Positions 22,459-32,692 of a stretch of DNA of 64,000 nt are shown here, one piece after another (within the stretch, counting starts at the first letter, position 1; every line of letters starts with the position of its first letter). This DNA is from Lepidodermella squamata. Its lineage: Eukaryota; Animalia; Gastrotricha. The translations under genes were made by a program, and so were the position numbers. Under the pieces are notes generated by a model. The model saw only the letters and a program-made list of their open reading frames with translations, was not told the DNA's origin and did not search any database. The stretch is from positions 806,001 through 870,000 of the forward strand of contig JBLDXI010000016.1 in the NCBI GenBank assembly GCA_047495785.1, given 5' to 3'.

Positions 22459-23584
22459 TGAAGATTTGGTCGGGGGCCAGGTATAAAGTTGCTTATTACG
22501 GCAACGAAACTACTTACTCACCCGGTGCAAAATTATTCTCACTTCTCTGTTTGAAGTTATAGAAACCAAATAAATAAGCATAATATAATAATATAATTAT
22601 ACTGCCGCTTTGCAGGTCAAAGTTCAACCATGTGATCAACAGCAGTCCTTCAGATAAATTTTGCTGAGATAGATGACGAGATCAGAAGTTCGGGTCCCAG
22701 ATCGGCGACTGTGATTGGGATGAGCAAAAGAAGTGTTCGGACTCGAGCAGAAAAGCATCGGCTCATTTTAATAAAAACTCTCAATGAAACTATTCTTGGT
22801 AAAGCTATGGACGGGGCTGTTATCGCCAGTGTCACTCTGCTCATTGAATACGTCGGCGTCGGAACAGTAGAGAGCCATTATCCTGTCAAGGAGAAAGCAT
22901 TGGCGTTAGCGAAGGCGATTGCGTATGTTCTCATAAAAATGTTGGCATGTTGAAAAATTTAGAATTAGTGTATTAATGTTGATAAAGCTCGGTTTCCAAC
23001 ATAAACTCGGTGCTCAACAGGTATTCGACATGAAGGACGATTTGGGCTTCTCCGACGTTTCGAGGAAGTCATTCTTCTCAACCCGGAAAAAAAGGGTCAA
23101 TATCTGCCGATTTGCGAAGTCAATTGTAAATTTAATCTCGCAACTAAATCATTATTTCTTTAGTCACTAATTAATTGCTTTCGCTTCGCCTTATTCCGAA
23201 CTAGACAAATCTTCGCGGAGGTCTTTGAACGATTTGGCAAAATTCCGGCATGCCAGCGGCAAGCTTTTACCCGAGCCTCGTGGTAGATGATGTGCTGGTC
23301 GGCGTGAAATCCTTCCAGAATGCCACCCATAGACGTAACTAATTCTGTCGCGTCAACTCCCCGCAAATGGGCGAAAATTGTATAATATCGAATTGGCCAA
23401 GCTACTCAACCTATATTTTTGAGAACAATTCTATATTTGTCTGATATAGCACTATATCTGAACTCTTTACGATTTACGAGTGCTGTATCAAAAAATCTTC
23501 CATGAGCACATCAATATATTGTTTATATTGTATACAGATTTTACCGTGCAATTCAATTTTTCATGTTATTACTCAGTTAACTTG

Positions 23585-23930
23585 ATTAATAAATAGAGTA
23601 TTCCCTTATTATTTTCAGTTTCCTATCAAAAAACAAACCAAGGTTATTGGTTTTCGGCCTCGCTGTGAAATATTTCATTAAATTACGCTTTATATTCAGG
23701 CTGATATATCGTCCTCCGGCTGCGCCTCGGACCGAAATATTATCCATATAAACCCTTGTCCGGATTTGAGGATTTTGACGCTGGATAACAACCATATCCA
23801 GGTGTCATCGGTGGACAGCGATGGATATTCGTCCTTCAGGCCACTATTCCGGCCTTCGGCTGCACCTCGGGCCTATATAGAGAACCTTCAGGCGAATATC
23901 CATCGTGCGATCCACCTATGTCAACCTATA
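23585..23930. repeat. Foldback interspersed repeat with CCT(T/C)CGGCTGC(G/A)CCTCGG motifs
   Basis: Two motif copies near 23713-23730 and 23853-23870. The second sits in the loop of an imperfect hairpin AGGTGTCATCGGTGGACAGCGATGGATATTCG / CGAATATCCATCGTGCGATCCACCTATGTCAACCT (about 23800-23927). Confidence 0.55.
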
Positions 23931-24011
23931 TGTTTTACTTAAAACTTGACATAAAGGTGTGTAGTGTTCTATTCTTTTATTCGTAAGACATGTAATGTCA
24001 TTTCTCACAAA

Positions 24012-25798
24012 TTACGGCATCGGCGGAACGAAGCCAGGTGGTAACGGCTGAGCTGGCGGTGCTTGTTTGATTTGATCGAACATTACCGGAAGTGTTTTAG
24101 GCAACGTATCTTCGATTGGTCGAAGACCGCGGTTTTGATTTATTTTCTGCATATTTAGCTTGACTGGTAGGAAGTTAGGTGAGCTGTTGAAGGTTGTTTG
24201 CTGAGTTGCTGGTTGGTCTTGTGGCGCTGAACTGGCTTCCTTTTTTAGATAGCTAGGTTTTGTCGCCTCTTCTTGCGGCTGATCTAGTTCATGCTCTCGT
24301 CCAACAGCCTCAATATAACCATGGAAATAGTCGGTGATATCTAACGCTCCGGCTGGCCCAACTTGAGCTCGAACGACTTCTCTAACCGCTTGCCATACTG
24401 ATACAGATTGAATGGCTGATGGTAACTGGAACACCCTGACTCTGTTATAAAAAAGGAATATGTTAGAGAAAAATAATTCAGAGGGATTAAGACTTATACT
24501 CCTGAGCTTCAAGTTGGCGCTCTTCAATCCTGCATTTACGCTCGGCAGGCCTGTCATCAATCCACTTGTCTAGGGATATTGCGAAGGTTTTCTCCGCAGC
24601 ATACACATCATTCGTGTTTGTGCCGGCTGTTCTCACCAGTGACATGTGGACTTTAAGCCTGATCTCTCGGATTATATCTTCGTCCTCATCGATGTAGCCC
24701 ATAATCTGCCGCCAAGTTGACATGCGCATGCCTAGACCAGTTTCTACAGGTAAAATCCGCAGTAATTCTCCGGCTGAGTAAAATTTATCGCAACAGCCAT
24801 TGGGAAGCTAAAAATTAAATAAATTATGAAAATAGTAAACATATTCCACAAATTCTTACCACAGCTAGTACATCTGTTGTACTTATCTCCTGGGGCTCGT
24901 AAATATTAGTCGGCGAAATGCTGGACGGGTGTATAGAGGCATCACTTGTCACAATGTAAGGATCAGGCTTTTCCCCAGATGCAGTAGAATTGCCGTCATC
25001 TTTCATTAAATAAGACTCGATGTACTTCGCAGCGTATAATCGGATTCCTTTGATCAGGGTAGGCTCATCATTGCCAGGTTGATCGATGGTTACTGAAAAT
25101 ACATGAACCCGTTCAATCGTTTCGAGAACGGCGAGGACGTATTGAAAAGCAGCTCGCGTCTTCCAACCCTCTCTTGGCTTAGATAAAATGAAAACAACCG
25201 CCTCGTAATTGAAACGCCGCCAGGAAGCTGCGGCAATGGGAAGAGCAAAAGCACAGGCACATGCTGAGTTTTGTTCACGGTTCAAAATACAATCCTTCTC
25301 AGGGTGTTTGTAAAACTCAAAGTAGCAACTAAAAACGACGAACTTCCGTTGATCTTTCAAAGAATTCTTCTTCTTGCAAGCTTCTGATTGGTCGGATTTT
25401 TCAAAAGTTGTAGTATTTATCGGAAGACTAGACACAACTTTCTTTTTGAAGAACGAGGCTTCTGTGGTGGACGTTTCCTGAGGTAGTTCCGCGGTTGTCT
25501 CTACACTAGCTGGTTTTTTCGTTCTTGCGTGGGGATGGAGCAACATTTTAGCTATACTTTTGTTCCCGCCCGTTGCGAGTTCCATGGCTTCTTCTAACGA
25601 AGCAGGAGTTACTCTATTAAGGAACACGTTGTAAACAATGATCAGGCAAACGATTGAGAATGTGCTGAGCAAAGTTATCCCAACGAAAGATGGCCGGCCG
25701 AATAATTTGACGAAACACCGCAGACAGGTGTTTCTCCCGAGATGATACGGCGGAGTCCTTCGTGAGTTTGAGCTGAACGCCCCTTGTCGATACGGCAT
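24012..25798 (-). CDS. Type II membrane protein, putative glycosyltransferase-like (uncharacterised invertebrate family)
   Basis: Three exons (about 25798-24860, 24807-24500, 24442-24012). Short cytosolic N-terminus, one TM (FVGITLLSTFSIVCLIIVY), Thr/Ser stem, then a globular domain with FALPIAAASWRR, IRLYAA, YIVTSDAS and GMRMSTWRQIMG. Confidence 0.7.
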
Positions 25799-26433
25799 TT
25801 CGGCTGTTTTTGCAAAAAAATTTATGGGGGCTGAAAACATTTTCACTACTCGCTGTGGGTTTTATCATTCACTCACTCAGATTTTTCCCTCTTTTCATAG
25901 CGATTTTATTCATGTATTCAAAAGGCTCCTTTGAGATGAGACCACCTAGATTTGAATGGCCACACTGGAAAGTGGTTAAATTACCAGCGCGTGTTGGCTG
26001 CTTATGCAGTAAATTGAAATTGTCGTTATCACGTTAAAAGTAGTATGAGATTGAGAGTAAGAATAACGAGTTATATCTACACGATAGATGATAATATTAC
26101 GTTAACTAAAAGATGGCTGACAAAAAATGACGCATACACGCGCTACAGATGTTAACAAGGCTCGCACCTCCCTCACCGCTGTGGTATATAATCAAAGTCG
26201 AAAAAGCGCTAATTGAACAACAGACTTAAATGTTACCACAACACATCATTACCAAAAGAATTAGTTGCACACATTTATATATCGTTAGTCGAGTGCCTCA
26301 AACTTCGTGAGTGCAACCCAAAAACTTGTAGGCTGGGTTAAAATAGCATCGTGTCTCACACGAGTGCAGCCAACATCGACTGCCAAAAGTTTTGTGGTGG
26401 AGGTGTATTATTCCGTCACGTTTATGGATCAGA

Positions 26434-28578
26434 ATGTTTGGACAGCTTATTCTACTTTTAATATCCGGAATATACCCCACCACAGCCCAATCTTCTTACC
26501 AACGTCCCACTCGAAACCAGGCTGGGGTTAGCTGCAGCGGGCCACCTATTGTACCCAACGCCCAGGTTTACTTCATGGTCCGCCGAATGACTGTAAGAAG
26601 TCGAACTTTCAGCCCGAATGAAAGCATTTACTACCGCTGTGTCAATGGCTACAGAATAATAGGAAATTACGTTGTTACTTGTCTGGCTAATGGCTCTTGG
26701 ACTGCGTTACCCATCTGCGACAGTTGCTCAGCTCCAACGTCCGTTGAATTCGCTAGAAGTTGCTTTGACTCATCCAGGCAATCTCAACCATGTATAGGAC
26801 CTCCTAAGGTTAATAATGCAATGGCATATGTTGACGATGATTACGAGAATCCAGCTTCAATTGTGGCTTACCGCACTCCTCTCATTTTCCAGCCATTTCA
26901 ATACGTGCGTTACAAATGTGCGTGGCTTCTGGAATTAGTAGGACAGTCCTTGGTTATCTGTCTACCTACAGGACAATGGAGCCAACTACCAAGCTGCCGA
27001 CAGACTCAAGATACGCTCAATCAATACTGTTCAAGCCCACCTATAGTTGAAAATGCGATAACCTACATGGCCTTGTCCGAGAAGGACCCCCTAATTCAGG
27101 TCAATCCCTGCAGCGCCTTGGGTGGAACTTTTCATAATGGCGAGTCGGTGATCTATTCGTGCAGGGAAGGCTTTGAATTAGGAGGGAGTCCGATTGTTAG
27201 ATGCCAAAATAACAACACCTGGACGGCTCGACCTACTTGCCGACCGACAATAAGTCGAACATTTGGAGGAAGCATTTGCCCTACTCCTCCGAATCCAAGT
27301 TACCAAAGCTATCCAATTATAACTGTTGAATCCGTTACGTCGGACTCTGAGGCGATTAGTCTTCGTAATGCTGACAACTGCCCCTTTGCAGAAGCTCCTT
27401 TCACCATAGGCGATACTCTAATGTTCCAAAGAGGATGTAGTATTACGTGCGAGGATGATGGAAGATGGTTGACGAATCCTGGCTGCAGAGAAAAACCTAT
27501 ACAGCCACCCCCGGTGAGACGTTGCCTTGATCCGCCTCCTTACGTGAGAAATGCTCGAGCTTATATGATGGAAAGCTATAACACAACTACAGAGCTTTAC
27601 GGAGAAAATTTGATTAACTCACCAATTTTTGAGGAGGGTGAAACTGTAACCTACGTCTGCAATCGCAACTACGTCCTCGTCGACCCTAATCGTAATTCAG
27701 TATCATGTCTATCCCTTGGAATGTGGAGCGCACCTGTCCCGTTTTGCCGCCGGTTTACGCCAGTAAATTCAACTCCTAAGATCGATAGATTGGTTTGCAA
27801 TGACACGACTCTTCCAGATGTCTCTAATGCTGAGCCGTTTTGGAAAAAAGGCGACGAGCTATCGTCCCCTCGCATTATAACGTCGAGAGAGTACTTCAAA
27901 ATCAATCAAAACGTGAACTATACCTGTTCATGTGGCTTTCGCATGGTTGGGAAGCCTTACGTGTCATGTCAATCAGATGGATCGTGGACAAGACCGATTT
28001 TCGTGTGTGAGATAGAATTCCCTTCAATTTATCTGCCGCCGAAAAGGTGTTCAGAACCTCCTCAAGTCAGCGGAGCCCAACTATATGTAAAAACTAGGAA
28101 AGGCGAGACAATCCTCGTCACCCAATGGACTTATGAATTTACCTGGTCGATTCTATGTGGGGATATTGTTGAAGCTAGATACGTCTGCGAGAAGGGTTTT
28201 ATCCTGAGAGGTAATCCTGTCTCTAGATGTCAACCGGATGGGGGCTGGAGCGTTACTCCGAAGTGTGAATTGATGCCTCGGCGGCCTCGTTATCGCTGTA
28301 CAAATCCTCCGCTAATCGACAATTCAGACGGATTTTATAGATGGAACAGTCGCGGTTTGACATTCATTCCTGTGGATCCTTTAAACATCACCCTGCAATT
28401 ATTCGAGTTATACGAAACAGTGAGCTACTCATGTAAAAGCCCAGGATACACGATGCTTGGATCTTCAATATCAGAGTGCCGATACAACAGAACTTGGAGC
28501 ACAACACCGATTTGCTGGCCAAATGCGGCTAATTATAGAAGACCACTTACCCTTTTGAATGCATCCGACAGAAAGTGA
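26434..28578 (+). CDS. Secreted Sushi/CCP (SCR) repeat protein, about 8 domains, intronless
   Basis: Signal peptide MFGQLILLLISGIYPTTAQ; repeated C-x2-PP-x-V-x-NA ... Y-x-C-x2-G(Y/F)-x-L-x-G ... C-x2-(D/N)G-x-W(S/T)-x2-P-x-C. No TM or GPI-like tail. Confidence 0.92.
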   Translation: MFGQLILLLISGIYPTTAQSSYQRPTRNQAGVSCSGPPIVPNAQVYFMVRRMTVRSRTFSPNESIYYRCVNGYRIIGNYVVTCLANGSWTALPICDSCSAPTSVEFARSCFDSSRQSQPCIGPPKVNNAMAYVDDDYENPASIVAYRTPLIFQPFQYVRYKCAWLLELVGQSLVICLPTGQWSQLPSCRQTQDTLNQYCSSPPIVENAITYMALSEKDPLIQVNPCSALGGTFHNGESVIYSCREGFELGGSPIVRCQNNNTWTARPTCRPTISRTFGGSICPTPPNPSYQSYPIITVESVTSDSEAISLRNADNCPFAEAPFTIGDTLMFQRGCSITCEDDGRWLTNPGCREKPIQPPPVRRCLDPPPYVRNARAYMMESYNTTTELYGENLINSPIFEEGETVTYVCNRNYVLVDPNRNSVSCLSLGMWSAPVPFCRRFTPVNSTPKIDRLVCNDTTLPDVSNAEPFWKKGDELSSPRIITSREYFKINQNVNYTCSCGFRMVGKPYVSCQSDGSWTRPIFVCEIEFPSIYLPPKRCSEPPQVSGAQLYVKTRKGETILVTQWTYEFTWSILCGDIVEARYVCEKGFILRGNPVSRCQPDGGWSVTPKCELMPRRPRYRCTNPPLIDNSDGFYRWNSRGLTFIPVDPLNITLQLFELYETVSYSCKSPGYTMLGSSISECRYNRTWSTTPICWPNAANYRRPLTLLNASDRK

Positions 28579-28687
28579 TAACTCATGTATATTTTGTACT
28601 TGAAACAATAAAGGCGTGGCCGAAGGTTATCTTATCGCGTTATATTTTAGTTCTAATCCAACTCTCGAACAATCCAAAAGGTTAAAG

Positions 28688-30268
28688 ATGTCGAAAAATT
28701 TGCCTGTTCTTATCCTTCTGCTGCTCGGATTGAGCATTGCCGGGGCTCAATGGTCTCCAAATTGCGCTGAAGGCCGGCGAACTATAGTCCATCTATTCGA
28801 ATGGAAATGGGATGATATCGCCAAAGAATGCGAAAACTTTCTGCAGCACAATAGGTTCTGTGGGGTTCAGGTTAGCCCGCCAAATGAGTACCTCACTCAT
28901 ATGGGTGAGGTTGAGAAAAGGCCGTGGTGGGAGAGGTATCAGCCCGTTTCTTACAAAACTTACTCGCGATCGGGAGACGAATCAGCTTTCATCGACATGG
29001 TTCGGCGTTGCAACAATGTTGGCGTGAGGATCTACGTCGATCTTTTACTCAACCACATGTGCAGCAAAGGGGCAACAAGGAGTGTTGGTATTGGGGGTTC
29101 AAGCTACGACGCAACTCAATTCGACTTCCCAGGTGTGGGCTACAACGCTTCGCACTTCAACACGAAAACCAGTTCGCCGAACCGGTGCACTTCGAACAGC
29201 GGAGATATCGAAAGTTGGAACGATCCTATCCAGGTGAGAAATTGCATGCTTGTCGGTCTCTTGGACCTCGACCAAAGCAAGCAGTTCGTTATTGACAAAG
29301 AGGTCGAATGGATGAATACATTGATTAAATTTGGCGTGGCTGGTTTCCGCCTCGACGCAGCGAAACACATGTGGCCTTCAGAGCTGAAAAAGGTCCTTGA
29401 CAGGTTGGATGATCTCCCTGTGACTTGGTTCCCGCGAGGAACTCGTCCTTTCATCTACCAAGAGGTGATTGACCACGGCGGGGAACAGATTAAATCAGCT
29501 GATTACTTCCAGTTCGGCAGGATAACTGAGTTTAACTACGGCTCTTACCTGACTGACATGTTCAAGGGCCATAATCAACTACAGTGGCTGAAAACATTCG
29601 GAGAGGGCTGGGGATACCTGATGCCAAGTGATAAGGCGCTAGTTTTCATCGATAACCACGACACCCAGCGTGGCAATCACATTCTCACGTTTCAAGACCC
29701 TCGCCGTTACAAAATGGCTGTCACTTTCATGCTAGCCTGGCCATACGGCGTCGCTAGGGTGATGAGTAGCTACAACTGGCCTCGAAATTTCGTGAATGGG
29801 AATGATGTCAACAATTGGTACGGGCCGCCTCATGACGGCAATTACAACATAAAGTCTGTTAAGGTAGAATCAGACGGTAGTTGTGGAAAATGGTGGGAGG
29901 GGGTTTCTTGGGTTTGCGAACATCGTTGGCGCCAAATTACTAATATGGCCGTATTCCGAGGCATTGTCGGTGACGAGCCTGTAACAAATTGGTGGGGTGA
30001 TTGGAATCAAATCGCCTTCTCGCGAGGCAGCCGCGGCTTCTACGCAGTAAATAACGACGGCTCCAAGAACATGGATGTCTGGGTCTCAACTGGGTTGAGA
30101 GAAGGCTGGTATTGTGACGTCATCTCTGGCAACAGAGCTGCTGACAGACGAAGCTGCACCGGCCATTCAGTTCGCGTTGAGGCCGACGGAAAGGCTCGAA
30201 TTATCATCAACGCGAAAGCTGATGACCCTATGATTGCTATTCACATTGATTCAAAGGTTGAAAATTAA
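28688..30268 (+). CDS. Amy: Animal-type secreted alpha-amylase (GH13), intronless
   Basis: Signal peptide then QWSPN; IVHLFEWKW, GVQVSPPNE, RPWWERYQPVSY; catalytic motifs GFRLDAAKH, YQEVID, FIDNHD; chloride-site Arg in RVMSSY; WVCEHRW; C-terminal MIAIH. Confidence 0.97.
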   Translation: MSKNLPVLILLLLGLSIAGAQWSPNCAEGRRTIVHLFEWKWDDIAKECENFLQHNRFCGVQVSPPNEYLTHMGEVEKRPWWERYQPVSYKTYSRSGDESAFIDMVRRCNNVGVRIYVDLLLNHMCSKGATRSVGIGGSSYDATQFDFPGVGYNASHFNTKTSSPNRCTSNSGDIESWNDPIQVRNCMLVGLLDLDQSKQFVIDKEVEWMNTLIKFGVAGFRLDAAKHMWPSELKKVLDRLDDLPVTWFPRGTRPFIYQEVIDHGGEQIKSADYFQFGRITEFNYGSYLTDMFKGHNQLQWLKTFGEGWGYLMPSDKALVFIDNHDTQRGNHILTFQDPRRYKMAVTFMLAWPYGVARVMSSYNWPRNFVNGNDVNNWYGPPHDGNYNIKSVKVESDGSCGKWWEGVSWVCEHRWRQITNMAVFRGIVGDEPVTNWWGDWNQIAFSRGSRGFYAVNNDGSKNMDVWVSTGLREGWYCDVISGNRAADRRSCTGHSVRVEADGKARIIINAKADDPMIAIHIDSKVEN

Positions 30269-30409
30269 CTTAAATCAGTTTTATTTTTTCCAAAGATTTT
30301 AACGTTGTTCGCTGTTGCTTGGGTAGTAAAGTTCCGCTTGAGACGCTTTTTGTTTTATTCTGAAATAAATCGTAATGGTAATTGGTAATGTTTATAGCGG
30401 TATACAAGC

Positions 30410-32484
30410 TTACTTTTTCTTAGTGACTAAACCAGTTTCTTCAGTTGCCGATGTGGAGTCTCGAGAAATTCTTCTGCTGAATCGAACTGAGTTCTGTCGG
30501 CGAAACTCGGCGTAGTTTGCGTACTCATTTTCCACGCGAAACAAATTCCAAATGAAGCGTCTTAGAAGCTCAAGAAAGAGAGCCGCTGTAGTGTAGCATT
30601 GGTGGACGTATTGTGGCTCACCAAAATGGATACTTGTTACCGTTATGACCCAGCAAGACCGTAGGAGAAGATTCGCAACAATCGCGCCGTAATAGTACCA
30701 GGATTTTTTGAAAACAAGATACCGGCCAAGGATTGAATGGCCAGAATGGCTCCCGAACAGTCCCCAGTTCATTCTGACATCCCATGCGAAGCCGCATAAC
30801 GCGGTGATTAACGCAATGACCAGCCAAGCGTAGAGTAACTCGTGGTTACTGTCACGGTTATCATCGGCACGCTGATTTCGAGATTTCAGCCAGTTGAAGT
30901 CGAAAATCATAGACATATTGCTGATTTGGATCGCGATTAGGGCTAAAATGTATCGCAATGAGTTGAACAGATGCGGATTCTTGCTTCCACCATCGAAGTA
31001 ACGCCTAGCTGTTTGGGCGATTCTGAACCAGAACGGGAGCCCAGAGGCGAACCAAGCCAGGCCAAACGATAGCGGGCTATGGTTGCAAGTTCGATCGACG
31101 GATTCATCAAATGCCACGTAACATGAACAAGTGATGAAAACAAGGTCCTTGAAAATCGGGACAAGACTTGTTAGCTGGTTTCCTAGCCAGAAATCGGAGA
31201 AATTCACGCTGTGAAGAGGCGCTGTGACAGTCCGGAGTAGACATTTGATCAGCCATCGTCGACTTGAATACAGGAAAATCGGAAAAGGGTTGAAAACAAA
31301 AACGATTCCTAATGGGATGAACGATAGTGCTGCATAACGGATTACTGTTACATTGATTCCGAAATGGTGAGCAATCGTGAATTGCATGAGCCAAATTGTT
31401 AAGGCGCTCAAACTTGAAGACATGAAAACCATTCCGATCTCAACCAACTGGTAAAAGTTCAAGTGATTCTCCGGGTCGAATGCGAAGATTGCGGCATGGT
31501 TTATTCCGTTCGCTGTCCAAATAAGGACATTTAATCCGAAAAACAGAACCATCAGTGAGATGGCGATGATTCCTCGGAAAAGGCGAATGGTGATCGATTT
31601 TAACAGATCCTCGCTCTCTCCTGCTGGTTTCAAAGCAAATGCGAATAGACACGAATCCAACACAGCTAGGGAAATGACAACAGAAGCCCAAAGGATGATC
31701 CTTACTACAGCAGTTTTTGTAACGGAGTTTTGTAGCTTGGAGAAGAAAATTTCGATCGAACGGCGTTTCTCGTCATCTTCCAGATAATTGCAAATGTCCT
31801 TCTCGACTATTTTCAGCAAGTTGTCCAATGTTGATGAATCAGCAAGTTTTGAGGTGGAAACAAAATGTTCCAACCAACGCTCGCCGGAATTTTTCAAAAG
31901 CAATTTATCGTGCTTTTTCATGATTTTCTGGAAGGCAACTACGTTAAGATGCTGGTAATCGCTTAATAAGTTGACATCCATGAACAAATCCGAGTACGCC
32001 CTTTCAAAGTCGGCAAACTAGTGGAAAATGTAATGGTTTTCTTCAAATTAAATCGAGAGAAGCTTACTGAGGTGTAACTGATTTTGTCGAAGGTTTCGTT
32101 GGTTTTGATCTTGGCGACACAGCTCGAAAGCTGTATCAACGTTGATTCAAACATTGAAATATTATCTGGAATGTATTTTGTGCGATTTGCGGAGCTTTGA
32201 AAAAATTGCTACCTTCAAGAAACTTCATCGTTTTCATGAGTTCATTTCGGGCGAAGTCAAAGAATTGCTCCTCGAATTTCCCGATGATTTCTTGAGCCGG
32301 CTCAGCCTCTTCGACAAAGTCGAGGCTTTGCTGGAAGGCTTTCAACATTTGCTTGGCGAGCTAAACGCAATTCATTTCGGTAATTGCGAACAAGTTTTAC
32401 TATGTTAATTCTCACCTGATAATCCAAGTATTGCGAGCTCCATTGAGGATTCTTTTGACCTTGAAATTCGTTTCCGAACTTCAT
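30410..32484 (-). CDS. XPR1: XPR1/SLC53A1 paralogue 2 (SPX + EXS), divergent
   Basis: Starts MKFGNEF...WSSQYLDY; SPX lysine cluster FQKIMKKHDK; GINHAAIFAFDP; DFWLGNQLTS; ELLRRFIWNLFRVENEY. Short introns in the SPX part (first donor at 32415). Confidence 0.9.
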
Positions 32485-32692
32485 TGCCTTGCAATAGGGA
32501 TGTATGCTTGCTTGCAGTAGCTAAACATTACAAACTCATTGCTGAAGACTGGATCTTAATCCCCAGCTGCGTTAATAAAGCAACCTGGATTACGCATTTC
32601 TATCATGAACATGTGTTTGAAAGCATCAACAGAATAGCATAATAATTTATTGAAATTAAATCATTGCGGGGATATAAAAAAGGAGAGATGAG

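Noticed and set aside
28688-30268. Horizontal transfer of the intronless amylase
   Set aside because: Motifs, Cys pattern and the signal peptide followed by Gln are animal-type, and neighbouring genes are also intron-poor. Phylogeny would be needed to exclude it fully.
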